The notes under the pieces are model-generated. The model searched no databases, was not told where the DNA came from, and saw nothing but the letters and a program-made list of their open reading frames with translations. From a virus: a DNA stretch of 63,390 nucleotides. Made by a program: the position numbers and the translations under genes. Positions 51,469-61,802 of the stretch are shown one piece after another. The stretch is taken from positions 1 through 63,390 of IMG/VR virus record IMGVR_UViG_3300019458_000008; one strand, 5' to 3'. Every line of letters starts with the position of its first letter. Within the stretch, counting starts at the first letter, position 1.

Positions 51469-52142
51469 TGCCATCCATCTTTACTGATCCACAGACACTC
51501 GGCCAACTATCCCCATATGGCGGTACAATGAATGTTGCTGGCGGGGGGCAGCAGGCGGAGTTCAATCTGGCTGCCTTGGACCTTGCACAGCAGATGGAGA
51601 CGACCCGCCAGACAACCGGTTTTCAGCTGCTCGACTATCTAACGCAGCTTCAGAAGGACCCATTCAGCATCGTTCCGGCCCTCCAGGCGTATACAGCTGC
51701 GGGCGGTGGGAGCCTTGCGCCGGCAGTTGCATTCCAGGGATCGGGGGGTGCGGGAGCATCTGGTGGAGCTGGTATGCCATCTCCCTATGGTGAGATTGCC
51801 GACCGTCTTATCGCGGGCCTTGCAGAGTTCTCCGGGGCAGCGCCCGTAAACCCGTACACAGGCCTACCATATACGCCGGCTGAATCCCAGCAGGTTCGGC
51901 AGACCGAGTTCCGTCTATCGCAGATGGCACCCGAACAGCGGGCGCAGGCGGAGGCGGATATTAGGCGACTACACAGTGCGTATGTGGGTGGTCAGGCTAC
52001 TCCTGGCTACCTTGCCGCACTGGCACCGGGTGGACCCTTCTCAGCAGGTGTGTCAAATCCTACACTTGCGCGGGCACAGACTCAGATGAATAGGGCTGCT
52101 GGCCGAAGGACACAGAAGAGTGGCACGACGAACTCTCGGTAA
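51468..52142 (+). CDS. Gly/Gln/Ala-rich virion-associated protein
   Basis: 224 aa with an ATG overlapping the upstream stop. Confidence 0.6.
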   Translation: MPSIFTDPQTLGQLSPYGGTMNVAGGGQQAEFNLAALDLAQQMETTRQTTGFQLLDYLTQLQKDPFSIVPALQAYTAAGGGSLAPAVAFQGSGGAGASGGAGMPSPYGEIADRLIAGLAEFSGAAPVNPYTGLPYTPAESQQVRQTEFRLSQMAPEQRAQAEADIRRLHSAYVGGQATPGYLAALAPGGPFSAGVSNPTLARAQTQMNRAAGRRTQKSGTTNSR

Positions 52143-52794
52143 CGCCAACCTACGTAAGGCAGGTCCGTTCATGTTCCCCCGAACGAACACGAACTTTACA
52201 TCTGGCCGATATCTACCGCCGGCTAAGAACACGGCGCAGCAGCCATCGCTATTTCAGCGGAACAATCCATACGCAACGCAAGTCCCTGGACTGCAACCGG
52301 TGCTTAATCAATTCGGACGGGGAACCTCAATTGGCGATATTAGTTCGATTCTCGCTGGGGTCCGACAACAGGCACAAGGTGCTCAATCTGGTGTTACGTC
52401 TGGCGTCAGTGCACCACCGGTTAATCTCCAGGGTCTACAATCCTTTGCAGGCGCAACGCCAGCCCAACTCGAAGCGCTAAATCAGATTGCATTCGGGACG
52501 CCGATGGAGAGGCTTGCCGGGACTCCGGTACAGATGAACACGAATCCATACATCACGGGTGCGGCTCGTCAGTTGGTCGGTGCCCTTGGTACAAACCCCG
52601 GCATTACACCCGAGGCGAAGTTACAGATGGCACGGGGCTATGCCCCTGCCTTGAACCAGATCAATCCGATGTTCTGGCAATATACATCACCGGTAATCCA
52701 GCAAGCCCTTCAAGGGCTGTATCAGTCCACGGGCGTCCGGCCCGAAGAGCAGTCGTTCTTCCGGGAGATATGGACACCCATGGGACTATCGTAG
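52120..52794 (+). CDS. Gln/Gly/Pro-rich virion-associated protein
   Basis: 224 aa. Confidence 0.55.
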   Translation: MARRTLGNANLRKAGPFMFPRTNTNFTSGRYLPPAKNTAQQPSLFQRNNPYATQVPGLQPVLNQFGRGTSIGDISSILAGVRQQAQGAQSGVTSGVSAPPVNLQGLQSFAGATPAQLEALNQIAFGTPMERLAGTPVQMNTNPYITGAARQLVGALGTNPGITPEAKLQMARGYAPALNQINPMFWQYTSPVIQQALQGLYQSTGVRPEEQSFFREIWTPMGLS

Positions 52795-52817
52795 ATATTA
52801 TCGAAGAGGTTATCGAA

Positions 52818-53078
52818 ATGCCAACGAAGAGACCGATGAAGAGCAATAAGTCAACGAGGGTACCACCGCGAACGGCAGGCTACCAGCGAAAGGCAGTTGT
52901 AGAGGCTGCTAAGAAGGAAGCGAAGACCCGCCTGCGGGAGAATGAGCGTATGATGGCTAAGTACCATGTCTCACCGGAAGTCCGATCGCAGATGGAGCAG
53001 CTAAGCAAGGAACCGCCGAAGTACCTACGACATCTTGGCCCAGGGGAGATCCCTAGCCACAGGAAGGAGAATGACTAA
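52818..53078 (+). CDS. basic hypothetical protein
   Basis: ORF track gives 52770-53078. The ATG at 52818 (MPTKRPMK..) follows GAAGAGG and clears the upstream stop. Confidence 0.55.
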   Translation: MPTKRPMKSNKSTRVPPRTAGYQRKAVVEAAKKEAKTRLRENERMMAKYHVSPEVRSQMEQLSKEPPKYLRHLGPGEIPSHRKEND

Positions 53079-53290
53079 TGTCTGACCAGCGACATAGCCC
53101 CAGCGACGGCCACTCTGGCCACCCAACAGATGGTCCAGGAGGCGCTAAGGCAGCCGGTCCTGGCGGCCAACGAACCAGCGGCTCTAAGCTACAGCCTACG
53201 CCTAATGCGGGTGCACGAGGTCCACGAGGCTCGCAAGGTGCCCGAAAGGTATCGCCACAGTCCAAGGGTCCAAAAGGCAGCGGTAGGTAA
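53078..53290 (+). CDS. Gly/Pro/Ser-rich low-complexity protein
   Basis: 70 aa with an ATG overlapping the upstream stop. Confidence 0.45.
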   Translation: MSDQRHSPSDGHSGHPTDGPGGAKAAGPGGQRTSGSKLQPTPNAGARGPRGSQGARKVSPQSKGPKGSGR

Positions 53291-53337
53291 TACCGTGCCT
53301 CTAACCGTACGAAGCTAGTCCAAGGAACAAGAGATAT

Positions 53338-56300
53338 ATGGCTATACGATCCGGACCGGGACGGCCGGTTCGGCCAACCATCTCCATCCTCCAGCGAAGA
53401 GTAATTGAGCGTACTCCTCAGCCGCGTGTCGTACACCCGCCGGATGAGGAGATAATTACGCGTAGCCAACAGCAGCGCAAGGAAAACGCGCTGCGGATAA
53501 TGACCACGACCGCAACCCAGTTTGCTCAAGAATCTGCAAGGGCATTACAGGCAAAGCGCGAGGAACTGCTGGCCCAGCAGGAGGCTAACGCAGCAAAGCA
53601 GCAGCAGTATGAAATACAGAACCAGAAGGAGGAACACCAGCTAGCGCTGTCATTTGCGCCCCAGCGGGCAGACATTAGTACCGTTCAAGCTCTCGGATTC
53701 AACCCTCAATATCAAGGATTGCGGCCGGCAGAGCTGTGGGAGCATGCCCGGCTTGAGGAAGGCCGGCGGAATGCTATGGAGTTTGCCCGGTCTGTTGATC
53801 GGATTCCTCCTGAAGAACGGCCGATGCTTGCCCCCCTGGCGGCTGGTCTACAGAAGGAGGGGCTGGACGCTGATCGATTCGAGGGTATTATTAAAGCCTC
53901 TCAGCTAGACGATAATAGTATCTATGACTATGATATTAACGAAAGGCGTAAGGCCAATCGGGTTATCGGTGCGACGACCAGGGAAACGGACGTGCAGGAC
54001 TTGCAGCAAATGGCATCTCAGGGTGCGACCCGAGGTCAGGTACGTGCTGCGGCGGGCGCCCGGACGGTCCCAACCGTACCAACCTGGACACGTGACGAAG
54101 GACATCTTCTACAGTGGGGTGCTGAAGAGGAACAGTCTCTTCTACAACACGCCCGGAACCTAATGACTGTTGAACCTGAACTTGATATGTACACGGCCCT
54201 GGAATTAGCGAATGAGGACGTGTCCAATCTAGGCGGCGAGGCTGCCGGTAAATGGGCGGACTACCAGAAGATTATCGGATACAACCCGGCACAGGCAATG
54301 GGTGAGGCCATTGCCCTCGATAAGGCGAGGAAGCTAGCCGACCAGGGGGTCTTGACCCAGGATGAACTAGCGAAGATCCAGCTGGGACAGTTTCCAGTTA
54401 AGACATCGGCAGGTCTATGGCTGAAACTTGACCAGCTAGTAGCGGAGAATCCGACAGATACAGAACTCGGTGCCCTAGCCCGATTTGTTCGCGTAGGCCG
54501 TCCAAAGCGAACTAGCTTGACCGATGCAGCAGCGGCGTTCGGGTCAAGCCTTGTTACCCCCCTACCCGGAACTGAGCGCGTGGCCGAAGAACTCGGCCGG
54601 GTCCCATTTGCAGGTGAAGAACTTGAGCGGCAAGCCCTTGGTCTAGGAACCCCCCTCGGTCTCGGCATGCTGGCCGGTGCAGGTGTTGCCGCTCCTGGGC
54701 TAACGGCTACTGGAGTTGCCGGCTCGGTAGCTGGTGGCCTCATCGGTGGTGCAGCCGAAGAACTTGGTGCACCGGTGCACACACGATTGGCTGGTGAGCT
54801 GATCGGCGGTCTTGCAACACCAGCATCTGTTAAGGCTCCAGTTACAGCAGCTGCAAACCAACTACTTCGTCGGGCTGGCCAGGCGCGGTTGAGTCCAGGG
54901 ATTCAATCGGCAATCCAGCGGTTTGCTACTGCCGGCGAGCGGGGTGCTATGACCCTACCAAAGGGTAACCTCGCACACTTCATCACTCCCGAGGGTGAAG
55001 TTCATACGGCCGCGTCACATGCCGATCTCTTCGAGACCGTAGGGCTACCGTCTGCCAAGACCAAGACTGGTGCTATTAAGCCCGGCCTGTACAAATCGGG
55101 TCTACAGGCTGCACAGGAGCGTGGATATACCCGCATTGCAGTACTTGAAAGCAAGACAACGCCCGGTCGTGTTGAGGTAAATATCGAAGCGCCTACGATA
55201 TCATCGGCCGGTCAGGCCGTTGAGCTTGCACAACAGACATATCCCAATGCAGAATTTGTTATCGAGGTCGGCCGGATCGGCGAACAGGTATCCGAGGTTG
55301 CACCTGACGCTGCACTAGCCGCCTGGAAAGATGCACCATTCCAGTCGGGGGTCGTTGATGAAACGCGAACCGCACTCGAACAGCTTGAGGCCAACAATCA
55401 GCTGAACGACGCTGGCCAGCGGGCGTTGGATCAGATCCGTGGACAGCCGGCAGAGGCACCAACAACGGTACAGCCGGAACCGGCAGTAGCACCACCGAAG
55501 CCCAAGAAGCCGGGTCCTGCTGCACGGGAACGGGCTGCACTGGCCGAGCTAGCTGGTGAACGGCCGCCGGAGTATGGCATTACACCAACGGGTGAGCGGG
55601 TTGAGTTTGGCACGACATCGGAGAAGATAAAGGCTCGGGCAGCTACTACGAAACAGGTAAAGACCAAGCGGGGCGCTGGAGCACGTGTAGTCGAGACGGG
55701 CGATGATGCAGCTATCGAAGCACAGGCATTGTCCGATCCACCGAGCAAGATGGCACCGACCGCAGATATTGATCCCATAGACCAGCCACCACCTAAGAAG
55801 CCTCCAGTCAAGGGTATGGACGGCGGAGAACCGCCGACGCCAAAGGAACCCACGACCACGAAAGAGATCAAGAATGTAGTTCATCAGGCCGGTTTACGAT
55901 CTCGGACAATTACATCCGTAACTGATAGTATAGCTGCAGCGTATGCAACGGCTGTAGATGACCTATTTCAGGAAGCGGTCGGGGGTAGTAAGGCAATCCA
56001 AGATGCTGGTGGAGACCTTGCCCAGTTCGGTGTTAAGCCGAAGACTGAAGGGCTGAGTACGTTCTTCGATGATGTAGCCCCAAACCTCGATGCATACGAA
56101 ATGCCAGATTCGCTACGGTCTGCGATTCGGGAATATTTGACTACAACAAAGGAAGCGTTCCAGCCGTTAGCCGAACGGGGTCTTGTACCACAGAAGTGGC
56201 TAACGGAGGACTGGTCTCGACGTATCGTTGTCAAGGTTGGTGATACAGATATCCGATTTGGCCCTCGATCAGGAATTGGGACAAAGCCAGGCTTTAGTTT

Positions 56301-59109
56301 TGGCCGGAGCCATGCGCTAACTGATGAAGCCCGGCGAGCTGGCGTTGAATATCTCAACAATCCAGCGGGGACAATCGAGATTCTCTACCGAGAGGTTGGT
56401 CGTCAGCTTGCAGGATATGAGTTCGCCCGTGCAATGGGCCTTGAGCCAAAGAACTTCCTCCGTGCCCTATCACAGGCCAAGGGGGAGGAGGCTGGTGATA
56501 TCCAGGCCGCCTTCCACCAGGTTATGTCCGAGGCAACGGAGCGGCGACAGGCCCTTGGCTTTCGAACGCTAAAGGCTCCTGAGGCAGAGACCAAAGCTGT
56601 TCAGCGTTTACGAGGTCAGCTAAAGCGTGCCCAGGATGCAGAGCTAAAGGCCAAGGAACGGATCTCGGCACTAAAGAAAGTTAAGGCCGGGAGCCGAGGG
56701 GCAAACTGGCGTAAGAGCATAGAAGCTGCCGAACGACGATTGACGCAAGCACGGGACCGAGTGACCGCTGCTGAAGGCGAGCTGCCTGGGGCATTGGAAG
56801 CCCGAAAGGCCGGCCGTCAACGAACCGCACGTGCGACCGCTCAAGAATCAGCAATAATGGAGCCATTTGCTGGTGGTTGGGTTACAAGCAAAGAAACGGC
56901 TAATGCAATTGCTAATGAATTTGGGGCGCCAACTGGACCGATTGCGGCTATATTAAACGGTATGGGTGCCGTAAATGATTTCTTCACGCCCTTGTGGGCT
57001 GGCGCCGACCTATCATCAATTGCCCTACAGAATGCCGCTGCCTTCGGCGTAAATCCGGTAGGAACCACTTCCATGATGGCTCGTGCAATCGGATCTGTGG
57101 TTACTGATGAGCGGTTGTACAGTCAGTTGGTGCGCTCTAAGAAGGATATTATTACCGACTTTGCTGCCCATGGGGGTTCATGGTATTCGGACGCTATGCT
57201 CGGTATCGAAGAACGCATAACTTCTGGGCAGCTAGTTATCAAGAAGATTCCTATCGCTAATATGGTCTATGGTAAGACGAATTCCTTCTGGAATCGGAGT
57301 ATCAACCTATCGTCTTTGAACCAGTATGAAATGGCCCTTAATACAATCGATGATGTTGGTGAAGATGTCTTTATGGATTCCCTTGCAAAGGCATTTCCCA
57401 ATGTTATTGCTAAAAGCGGTGCTCGAACTGCGAAGGAAGAGATAGTTGCTGTTATCTCGCACTTCAGTGGCCGGATGGCAATTCCTGAGTCAGCTGCGCT
57501 TCGGCCAATGAGCCGCCTCGCCCTCCGTGCACTCCCCTTTGCTGGACGGTATTGGGCTGGTTGGGCAAAGGCAATCGGTGATATGGCTGTAGGCGGACAA
57601 GTTGGGCAGAAGGCTGCCCTTCGTCTGTTTGCGGGATGGATAGTTGCTGGGGCGGGTTTTTATGCAACGGCAGCACTCCTAACAGGTCAGGAGCCGGAGC
57701 TGAATCCGATCAAAGATGGTAAATTCAATCCAAAGTTCTTGACTTTGAAGATCGGAGATTCGCGTGTAGGTATCGGTGGGCCATTACAACAGACAATGAC
57801 CCTACTAGCCAGACTTGCTAGCGATCCAAAGAATTCCCACGAGATTCTGACCAAGTTTGCCCGAGGTAAGGCATCGCCGGCAATGGCAATGCTCGCCGAT
57901 CTATTTACAGGTGAGCAATTCACTGGCGAGCGAGTTGGTAACTTAACAAAGCCCGAGAATCTCATCCCTTATATGACCAGCCACCTAGCCCCGTTCTTTG
58001 CACAGGATCCTATACGTGCAGCAACTATCGCGATCATGAATGGCGAGGATCCAGGTGAAATATGGCGCGAAACCAAGCGGGCCTTGTGGTCATCCCCCGG
58101 CACATTTCTCGGTTTCCGTGCCTTCCCCGTCTCACCATACGAAAAGCTAGATGATGCAGTTGACCAACTCGTGGACGAAGGTAAGCTACCCGAGGAGGTC
58201 CGGGGGCGGCAGTATAAGGACTTGCTTTCATCCCAGAAAGCGATCGTCCGAAACGCGACCAAGGATGTCCAGCAGCAGCTAAAAGCCGAGAGGGAACGGG
58301 AAATAAATAAAGAAGACATAACTGCTACTGCATTTGCACAGGCCGAAGAGGCTGCCGAGCTAACCAAAACGCAGCTGGTCAAGGCAGGTACTCAATTGAC
58401 TACTGGCCGGATTACACATACAGAATACCGTGAGATCGTTAATAGCATTGAGGAACAGGCCCGAGGGCGACGGGATATTGTCGATAGTCTATTCGAGCAG
58501 GCTGGTAAGGCCCTAGATACCAATGATGTTCCCTATGATAATCCGAAGCCGGGCCTAGAACAGACGTTCAACGACCTATGGACGTACTATAATATTTTCG
58601 ATAGGTATCCGGATGCCGTGGTTGATCCCGATATCAAGGAACAAATGTTCGAAGAGATCGAGCAGTTCCGAACGGGGATCGGGCCTGACCGCGAGGCAGC
58701 TATGGATGCGAACCTGGGTGTCAAGAAGGCCGAGTCGAAGGCATGGGCACAGCTTCGAGACGACCGCCGGGTAATTCGTGAATCGGGCTACTGGGACATC
58801 CCCGATTCAGCCTGGCAGTTCCTGCAAGACCGCGCTCAGATAGACCTGCCGCCAACCTACGATGAATATGTTGAAGGGGTCAGGGAGGCAATTGCTGCCA
58901 AACTATCGGATAAGTTTAGGGACCTCCCTCCGGAAGCCTTCGATATGTTCCTATCCCAGGATCCGGTAATTGCGGCCTATAATAGCTTGCTGCCTGCGCT
59001 CCGGCAGAAGTGGTCACATGAGAATCCGGATACATCAAATCTGGTGCTGAAGTGGGGCTATAGCCAGGCGAAGTACATGCTGGCTACACAGCGGACCGGA
59101 ATACGATAA
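53338..59109 (+). CDS. giant (1923 aa) virion-associated protein, function unknown (internal/ejection or polyvalent protein candidate)
   Basis: Single uninterrupted ORF between the portal region and the scaffold gene. It has Gly/Ala-rich hydrophobic clusters (about nt 54660-54780 and 56990-57700) and long coiled-coil-like stretches. Confidence 0.75.
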   Translation: MAIRSGPGRPVRPTISILQRRVIERTPQPRVVHPPDEEIITRSQQQRKENALRIMTTTATQFAQESARALQAKREELLAQQEANAAKQQQYEIQNQKEEHQLALSFAPQRADISTVQALGFNPQYQGLRPAELWEHARLEEGRRNAMEFARSVDRIPPEERPMLAPLAAGLQKEGLDADRFEGIIKASQLDDNSIYDYDINERRKANRVIGATTRETDVQDLQQMASQGATRGQVRAAAGARTVPTVPTWTRDEGHLLQWGAEEEQSLLQHARNLMTVEPELDMYTALELANEDVSNLGGEAAGKWADYQKIIGYNPAQAMGEAIALDKARKLADQGVLTQDELAKIQLGQFPVKTSAGLWLKLDQLVAENPTDTELGALARFVRVGRPKRTSLTDAAAAFGSSLVTPLPGTERVAEELGRVPFAGEELERQALGLGTPLGLGMLAGAGVAAPGLTATGVAGSVAGGLIGGAAEELGAPVHTRLAGELIGGLATPASVKAPVTAAANQLLRRAGQARLSPGIQSAIQRFATAGERGAMTLPKGNLAHFITPEGEVHTAASHADLFETVGLPSAKTKTGAIKPGLYKSGLQAAQERGYTRIAVLESKTTPGRVEVNIEAPTISSAGQAVELAQQTYPNAEFVIEVGRIGEQVSEVAPDAALAAWKDAPFQSGVVDETRTALEQLEANNQLNDAGQRALDQIRGQPAEAPTTVQPEPAVAPPKPKKPGPAARERAALAELAGERPPEYGITPTGERVEFGTTSEKIKARAATTKQVKTKRGAGARVVETGDDAAIEAQALSDPPSKMAPTADIDPIDQPPPKKPPVKGMDGGEPPTPKEPTTTKEIKNVVHQAGLRSRTITSVTDSIAAAYATAVDDLFQEAVGGSKAIQDAGGDLAQFGVKPKTEGLSTFFDDVAPNLDAYEMPDSLRSAIREYLTTTKEAFQPLAERGLVPQKWLTEDWSRRIVVKVGDTDIRFGPRSGIGTKPGFSFGRSHALTDEARRAGVEYLNNPAGTIEILYREVGRQLAGYEFARAMGLEPKNFLRALSQAKGEEAGDIQAAFHQVMSEATERRQALGFRTLKAPEAETKAVQRLRGQLKRAQDAELKAKERISALKKVKAGSRGANWRKSIEAAERRLTQARDRVTAAEGELPGALEARKAGRQRTARATAQESAIMEPFAGGWVTSKETANAIANEFGAPTGPIAAILNGMGAVNDFFTPLWAGADLSSIALQNAAAFGVNPVGTTSMMARAIGSVVTDERLYSQLVRSKKDIITDFAAHGGSWYSDAMLGIEERITSGQLVIKKIPIANMVYGKTNSFWNRSINLSSLNQYEMALNTIDDVGEDVFMDSLAKAFPNVIAKSGARTAKEEIVAVISHFSGRMAIPESAALRPMSRLALRALPFAGRYWAGWAKAIGDMAVGGQVGQKAALRLFAGWIVAGAGFYATAALLTGQEPELNPIKDGKFNPKFLTLKIGDSRVGIGGPLQQTMTLLARLASDPKNSHEILTKFARGKASPAMAMLADLFTGEQFTGERVGNLTKPENLIPYMTSHLAPFFAQDPIRAATIAIMNGEDPGEIWRETKRALWSSPGTFLGFRAFPVSPYEKLDDAVDQLVDEGKLPEEVRGRQYKDLLSSQKAIVRNATKDVQQQLKAEREREINKEDITATAFAQAEEAAELTKTQLVKAGTQLTTGRITHTEYREIVNSIEEQARGRRDIVDSLFEQAGKALDTNDVPYDNPKPGLEQTFNDLWTYYNIFDRYPDAVVDPDIKEQMFEEIEQFRTGIGPDREAAMDANLGVKKAESKAWAQLRDDRRVIRESGYWDIPDSAWQFLQDRAQIDLPPTYDEYVEGVREAIAAKLSDKFRDLPPEAFDMFLSQDPVIAAYNSLLPALRQKWSHENPDTSNLVLKWGYSQAKYMLATQRTGIR

Positions 59110-59160
59110 TGGGCTATAGTGTATACTTAGTATAGAGGACAGGAGGGATGAGGTAATATT

Positions 59161-60267
59161 ATGGGTGGACCATCAACGCCTGTAGGGTTTGAGAAAGGTC
59201 TTAAGGCCTACAAGGAACGAACACAGGAATCTGCTCCAGCAGACAAACCAGACGCGAAGACTGATACCCAAGCGCAGGTTGCGCCAGACACCTCAACTGA
59301 ATCGGCTGATTTGACGAAGGACCAGGACACGGAGTCGCCGCCTGAGAACGATGATGCGGACGAGGGCGACGATGCAGAGTCCGCTCCTGGTGAAGGTGAT
59401 GATGCCGATGATGGTGAGGACAACGTTGAGCTGTCCGAAGAGGAACTCGCTTCTCTAGCCGAAGGCTACCAGGATAAACTTCTTTCCCAGAAGCCAATCC
59501 AGGAAAAGGTAGCTGAGCTAGTTCGGGAACAGCTGGCGCAAGAGCAGCGAGCACAGCAGCAGGCCCAGGAAGGGCAGCAGGCTGTCAGCGCTGCTATCGA
59601 GCGCAGTAAGCAGGCGGTCACGGACCTACTTGGTCTGGCTAATCAAGCCTCGACTGAGCTGGCCCGGGTTGCCAAGGCGGCGAAGGCCGATGAAGATGGC
59701 GTAGTTGAACCATTCGATGTCAACTCAGACATCTTCAAGCCAGACCAGATGGCCCAGCACCTACAAACGTATGGTGAGGGCATCGTTGCCGAGGTCTCAA
59801 CTCGGTACGATACTGCATTTCTGGCCGGCGCCGACCGTGCCCTTACTGATGTTCTCCCTGAGCTAACTGAGAAGCAGGAACAGGATTACCTGCAAATCGT
59901 CTCAAATGCAGGCCGGATTGCCTCTGACCCAAACCAGGGTGTTGCGGCATCGAAGGCTTACTTCATGGGTGAGACGATTAAGTTCTTGGTCGAGCGGGCA
60001 AAGGAAGCCGGTGCAATCGAGGAGCGAGAGCGGGTGTCGAAGCGGACAACAGCGACGAAGAAGATTGCTGACAAGGCCGCAACGAAGGCAGCCGCTGCAA
60101 AGCTGGCCAAGGATCGGGGCAAGGTTAGCCCACCCACTGGAAAGGCAACACCGGAAGCTACTGGCGAACCAGAGACCTACGATAGCGATTACTTCATGAA
60201 TCTGATGCGTGAAGGTAAGAAGGACGAGGCTCGGGCCTACGCCAAGCGGGTGTTGGCAAAGCGATAA
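59161..60267 (+). CDS. scaffolding protein candidate
   Basis: 368 aa with an acidic Asp/Glu tract, Ala/Lys/Glu/Gln-rich helical remainder, directly upstream of the capsid gene. Confidence 0.6.
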   Translation: MGGPSTPVGFEKGLKAYKERTQESAPADKPDAKTDTQAQVAPDTSTESADLTKDQDTESPPENDDADEGDDAESAPGEGDDADDGEDNVELSEEELASLAEGYQDKLLSQKPIQEKVAELVREQLAQEQRAQQQAQEGQQAVSAAIERSKQAVTDLLGLANQASTELARVAKAAKADEDGVVEPFDVNSDIFKPDQMAQHLQTYGEGIVAEVSTRYDTAFLAGADRALTDVLPELTEKQEQDYLQIVSNAGRIASDPNQGVAASKAYFMGETIKFLVERAKEAGAIEERERVSKRTTATKKIADKAATKAAAAKLAKDRGKVSPPTGKATPEATGEPETYDSDYFMNLMREGKKDEARAYAKRVLAKR

Positions 60268-60289
60268 TATCAACGAATAGGATACGATA

Positions 60290-61216
60290 ATGGGAGTCTC
60301 AGACAGAGAAATGACCTCTGATACCCATACGGAAATGCTTCCGACGATCTGGGCTGATGAAGCCCGGGTTGCCATTGAGTTCGCAGAGGTCCTCTCAAAG
60401 CTTGTAGACACACACTACGAGTCCCAGATGGCTATTGGTCGCGTCCTGGAGATCCCACTACGGGCCAACTTCAATACGCAGGCCAAGACTGAGGGTGTAA
60501 GCTCAACGATTAACTTCCAGAGCCAGGCTGGTACCGCCGGTACTGGTACAGCTGGTACGTCTCCGTTGAACGCGCAGCTGGTGACGATTGACACGTACCA
60601 GTACGCAGCCGCGCTGCTGAACGCCGTTGTGGACGCACAGTCCAAGTACGACGAGATGGAGCGAATCAGCCATGGCATCGGCTATGCACTGATGCGCGGA
60701 ATCGAAGTCAGCATCGCGGGGCTATTCGCCAGCTTCTCACAGATCGTTGGTACGCTAGGCGCCGACCTGGATGACGCCATCCTACGTCGAGCGTGGCAGT
60801 ACCTGCGAGATGCGGGAGTCACGGAGGGTGCAAGCTGGGTGTTTGGTCCGGCGGCCGTGGCGTCCTTGATCGGTAACAACAAGTTCACCAGCAAGGACTT
60901 CATGAGCGGCCGATCAGCGATTGAAACCGCTGAGCTACCGGGTATTTTGAACTACCCAGTGTACACAAGTAATCTGCTCAATGCTCCGGCAGCGGGACAG
61001 ACCGAGTGTGCGCTGCTTCATAAGGAAGCAATCATTCTAGTTCGGCAGATCAAGCCTACCTTTAAGGAAGACTATCTGATCCGGAACAATGCATGGGGCG
61101 TTCTTGGATACGACCTGTACGAAGCGTCAGAGGCTGTCTGGGTGGCAGAAACGCCTGCGGGCGACAGCGACCCAACGACCGTTGACAGCGGTGCAGTTTT
61201 GATCCGCAGTGCCTGA
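60290..61216 (+). CDS. major capsid protein candidate
   Basis: 308 aa following the scaffold. The N-terminal ..MLPTIWADEARVAIEFAEVLSKLV.. pattern is typical of phage capsid proteins. Confidence 0.65.
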   Translation: MGVSDREMTSDTHTEMLPTIWADEARVAIEFAEVLSKLVDTHYESQMAIGRVLEIPLRANFNTQAKTEGVSSTINFQSQAGTAGTGTAGTSPLNAQLVTIDTYQYAAALLNAVVDAQSKYDEMERISHGIGYALMRGIEVSIAGLFASFSQIVGTLGADLDDAILRRAWQYLRDAGVTEGASWVFGPAAVASLIGNNKFTSKDFMSGRSAIETAELPGILNYPVYTSNLLNAPAAGQTECALLHKEAIILVRQIKPTFKEDYLIRNNAWGVLGYDLYEASEAVWVAETPAGDSDPTTVDSGAVLIRSA

Positions 61217-61283
61217 TGATGATAACGAGGGCAGGGTCGTCTGCAATTATGATGGCCCTGCTCTTTGGAGGATATTATCGATA

Positions 61284-61796
61284 ATGCAAGTAAAGATACA
61301 GGATGACCCACAATACGGTCTTGTACACAAGACGGGCTCCATTCAGCTGGAACATGACCTTCAAGAGCTACATCTAGAGAAGGTCCTACTAGAGGCAACC
61401 TACAAGTTCGTCAGGGATATGGAGCTACAGGGATTTCACCTGTATCAGGCACCCGGCCTTACCAATCCACGATGGGTTCGGAATCCCGATGGGCAGTTTG
61501 CTGCCTGGTATGCCATCGATTGGGTTGGTGAACGCCGGCAGTCGATCAAGGATGCGGAGGGGAATATTGTAGAAATGCCAACGAACAGGGAGCGTTCGTT
61601 GGAAGATTCCGAGGGCATGGTCGAGTATCGTATCGTAGGCGTCTTTTGGGCGCCCGAACACAAGGTCATGCGCTGGCAGAGTATTGCAGAACGCAAGGAA
61701 CGTGAGAAGATGGACCGTAATCCCCGGTCGGTGAACATCGAAGTACCGTTTCACCAGCCGGTGGACCAACCACTAATACTACCAGTAAAGGAGTAA
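61284..61796 (+). CDS. hypothetical head-associated protein
   Basis: ORF track gives 61209-61796. The ATG at 61284 (MQVKIQDD..) follows GGAGG. Confidence 0.55.
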   Translation: MQVKIQDDPQYGLVHKTGSIQLEHDLQELHLEKVLLEATYKFVRDMELQGFHLYQAPGLTNPRWVRNPDGQFAAWYAIDWVGERRQSIKDAEGNIVEMPTNRERSLEDSEGMVEYRIVGVFWAPEHKVMRWQSIAERKEREKMDRNPRSVNIEVPFHQPVDQPLILPVKE

Positions 61797-61802
61797 ATAC
61801 TA

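Noticed and set aside
53053-53529. 158-aa minus-strand ORF
   Set aside because: It is antisense to the Gly/Pro-rich gene and to the start of the giant gene. It has a low-complexity Pro/Arg/Leu composition and no SD.
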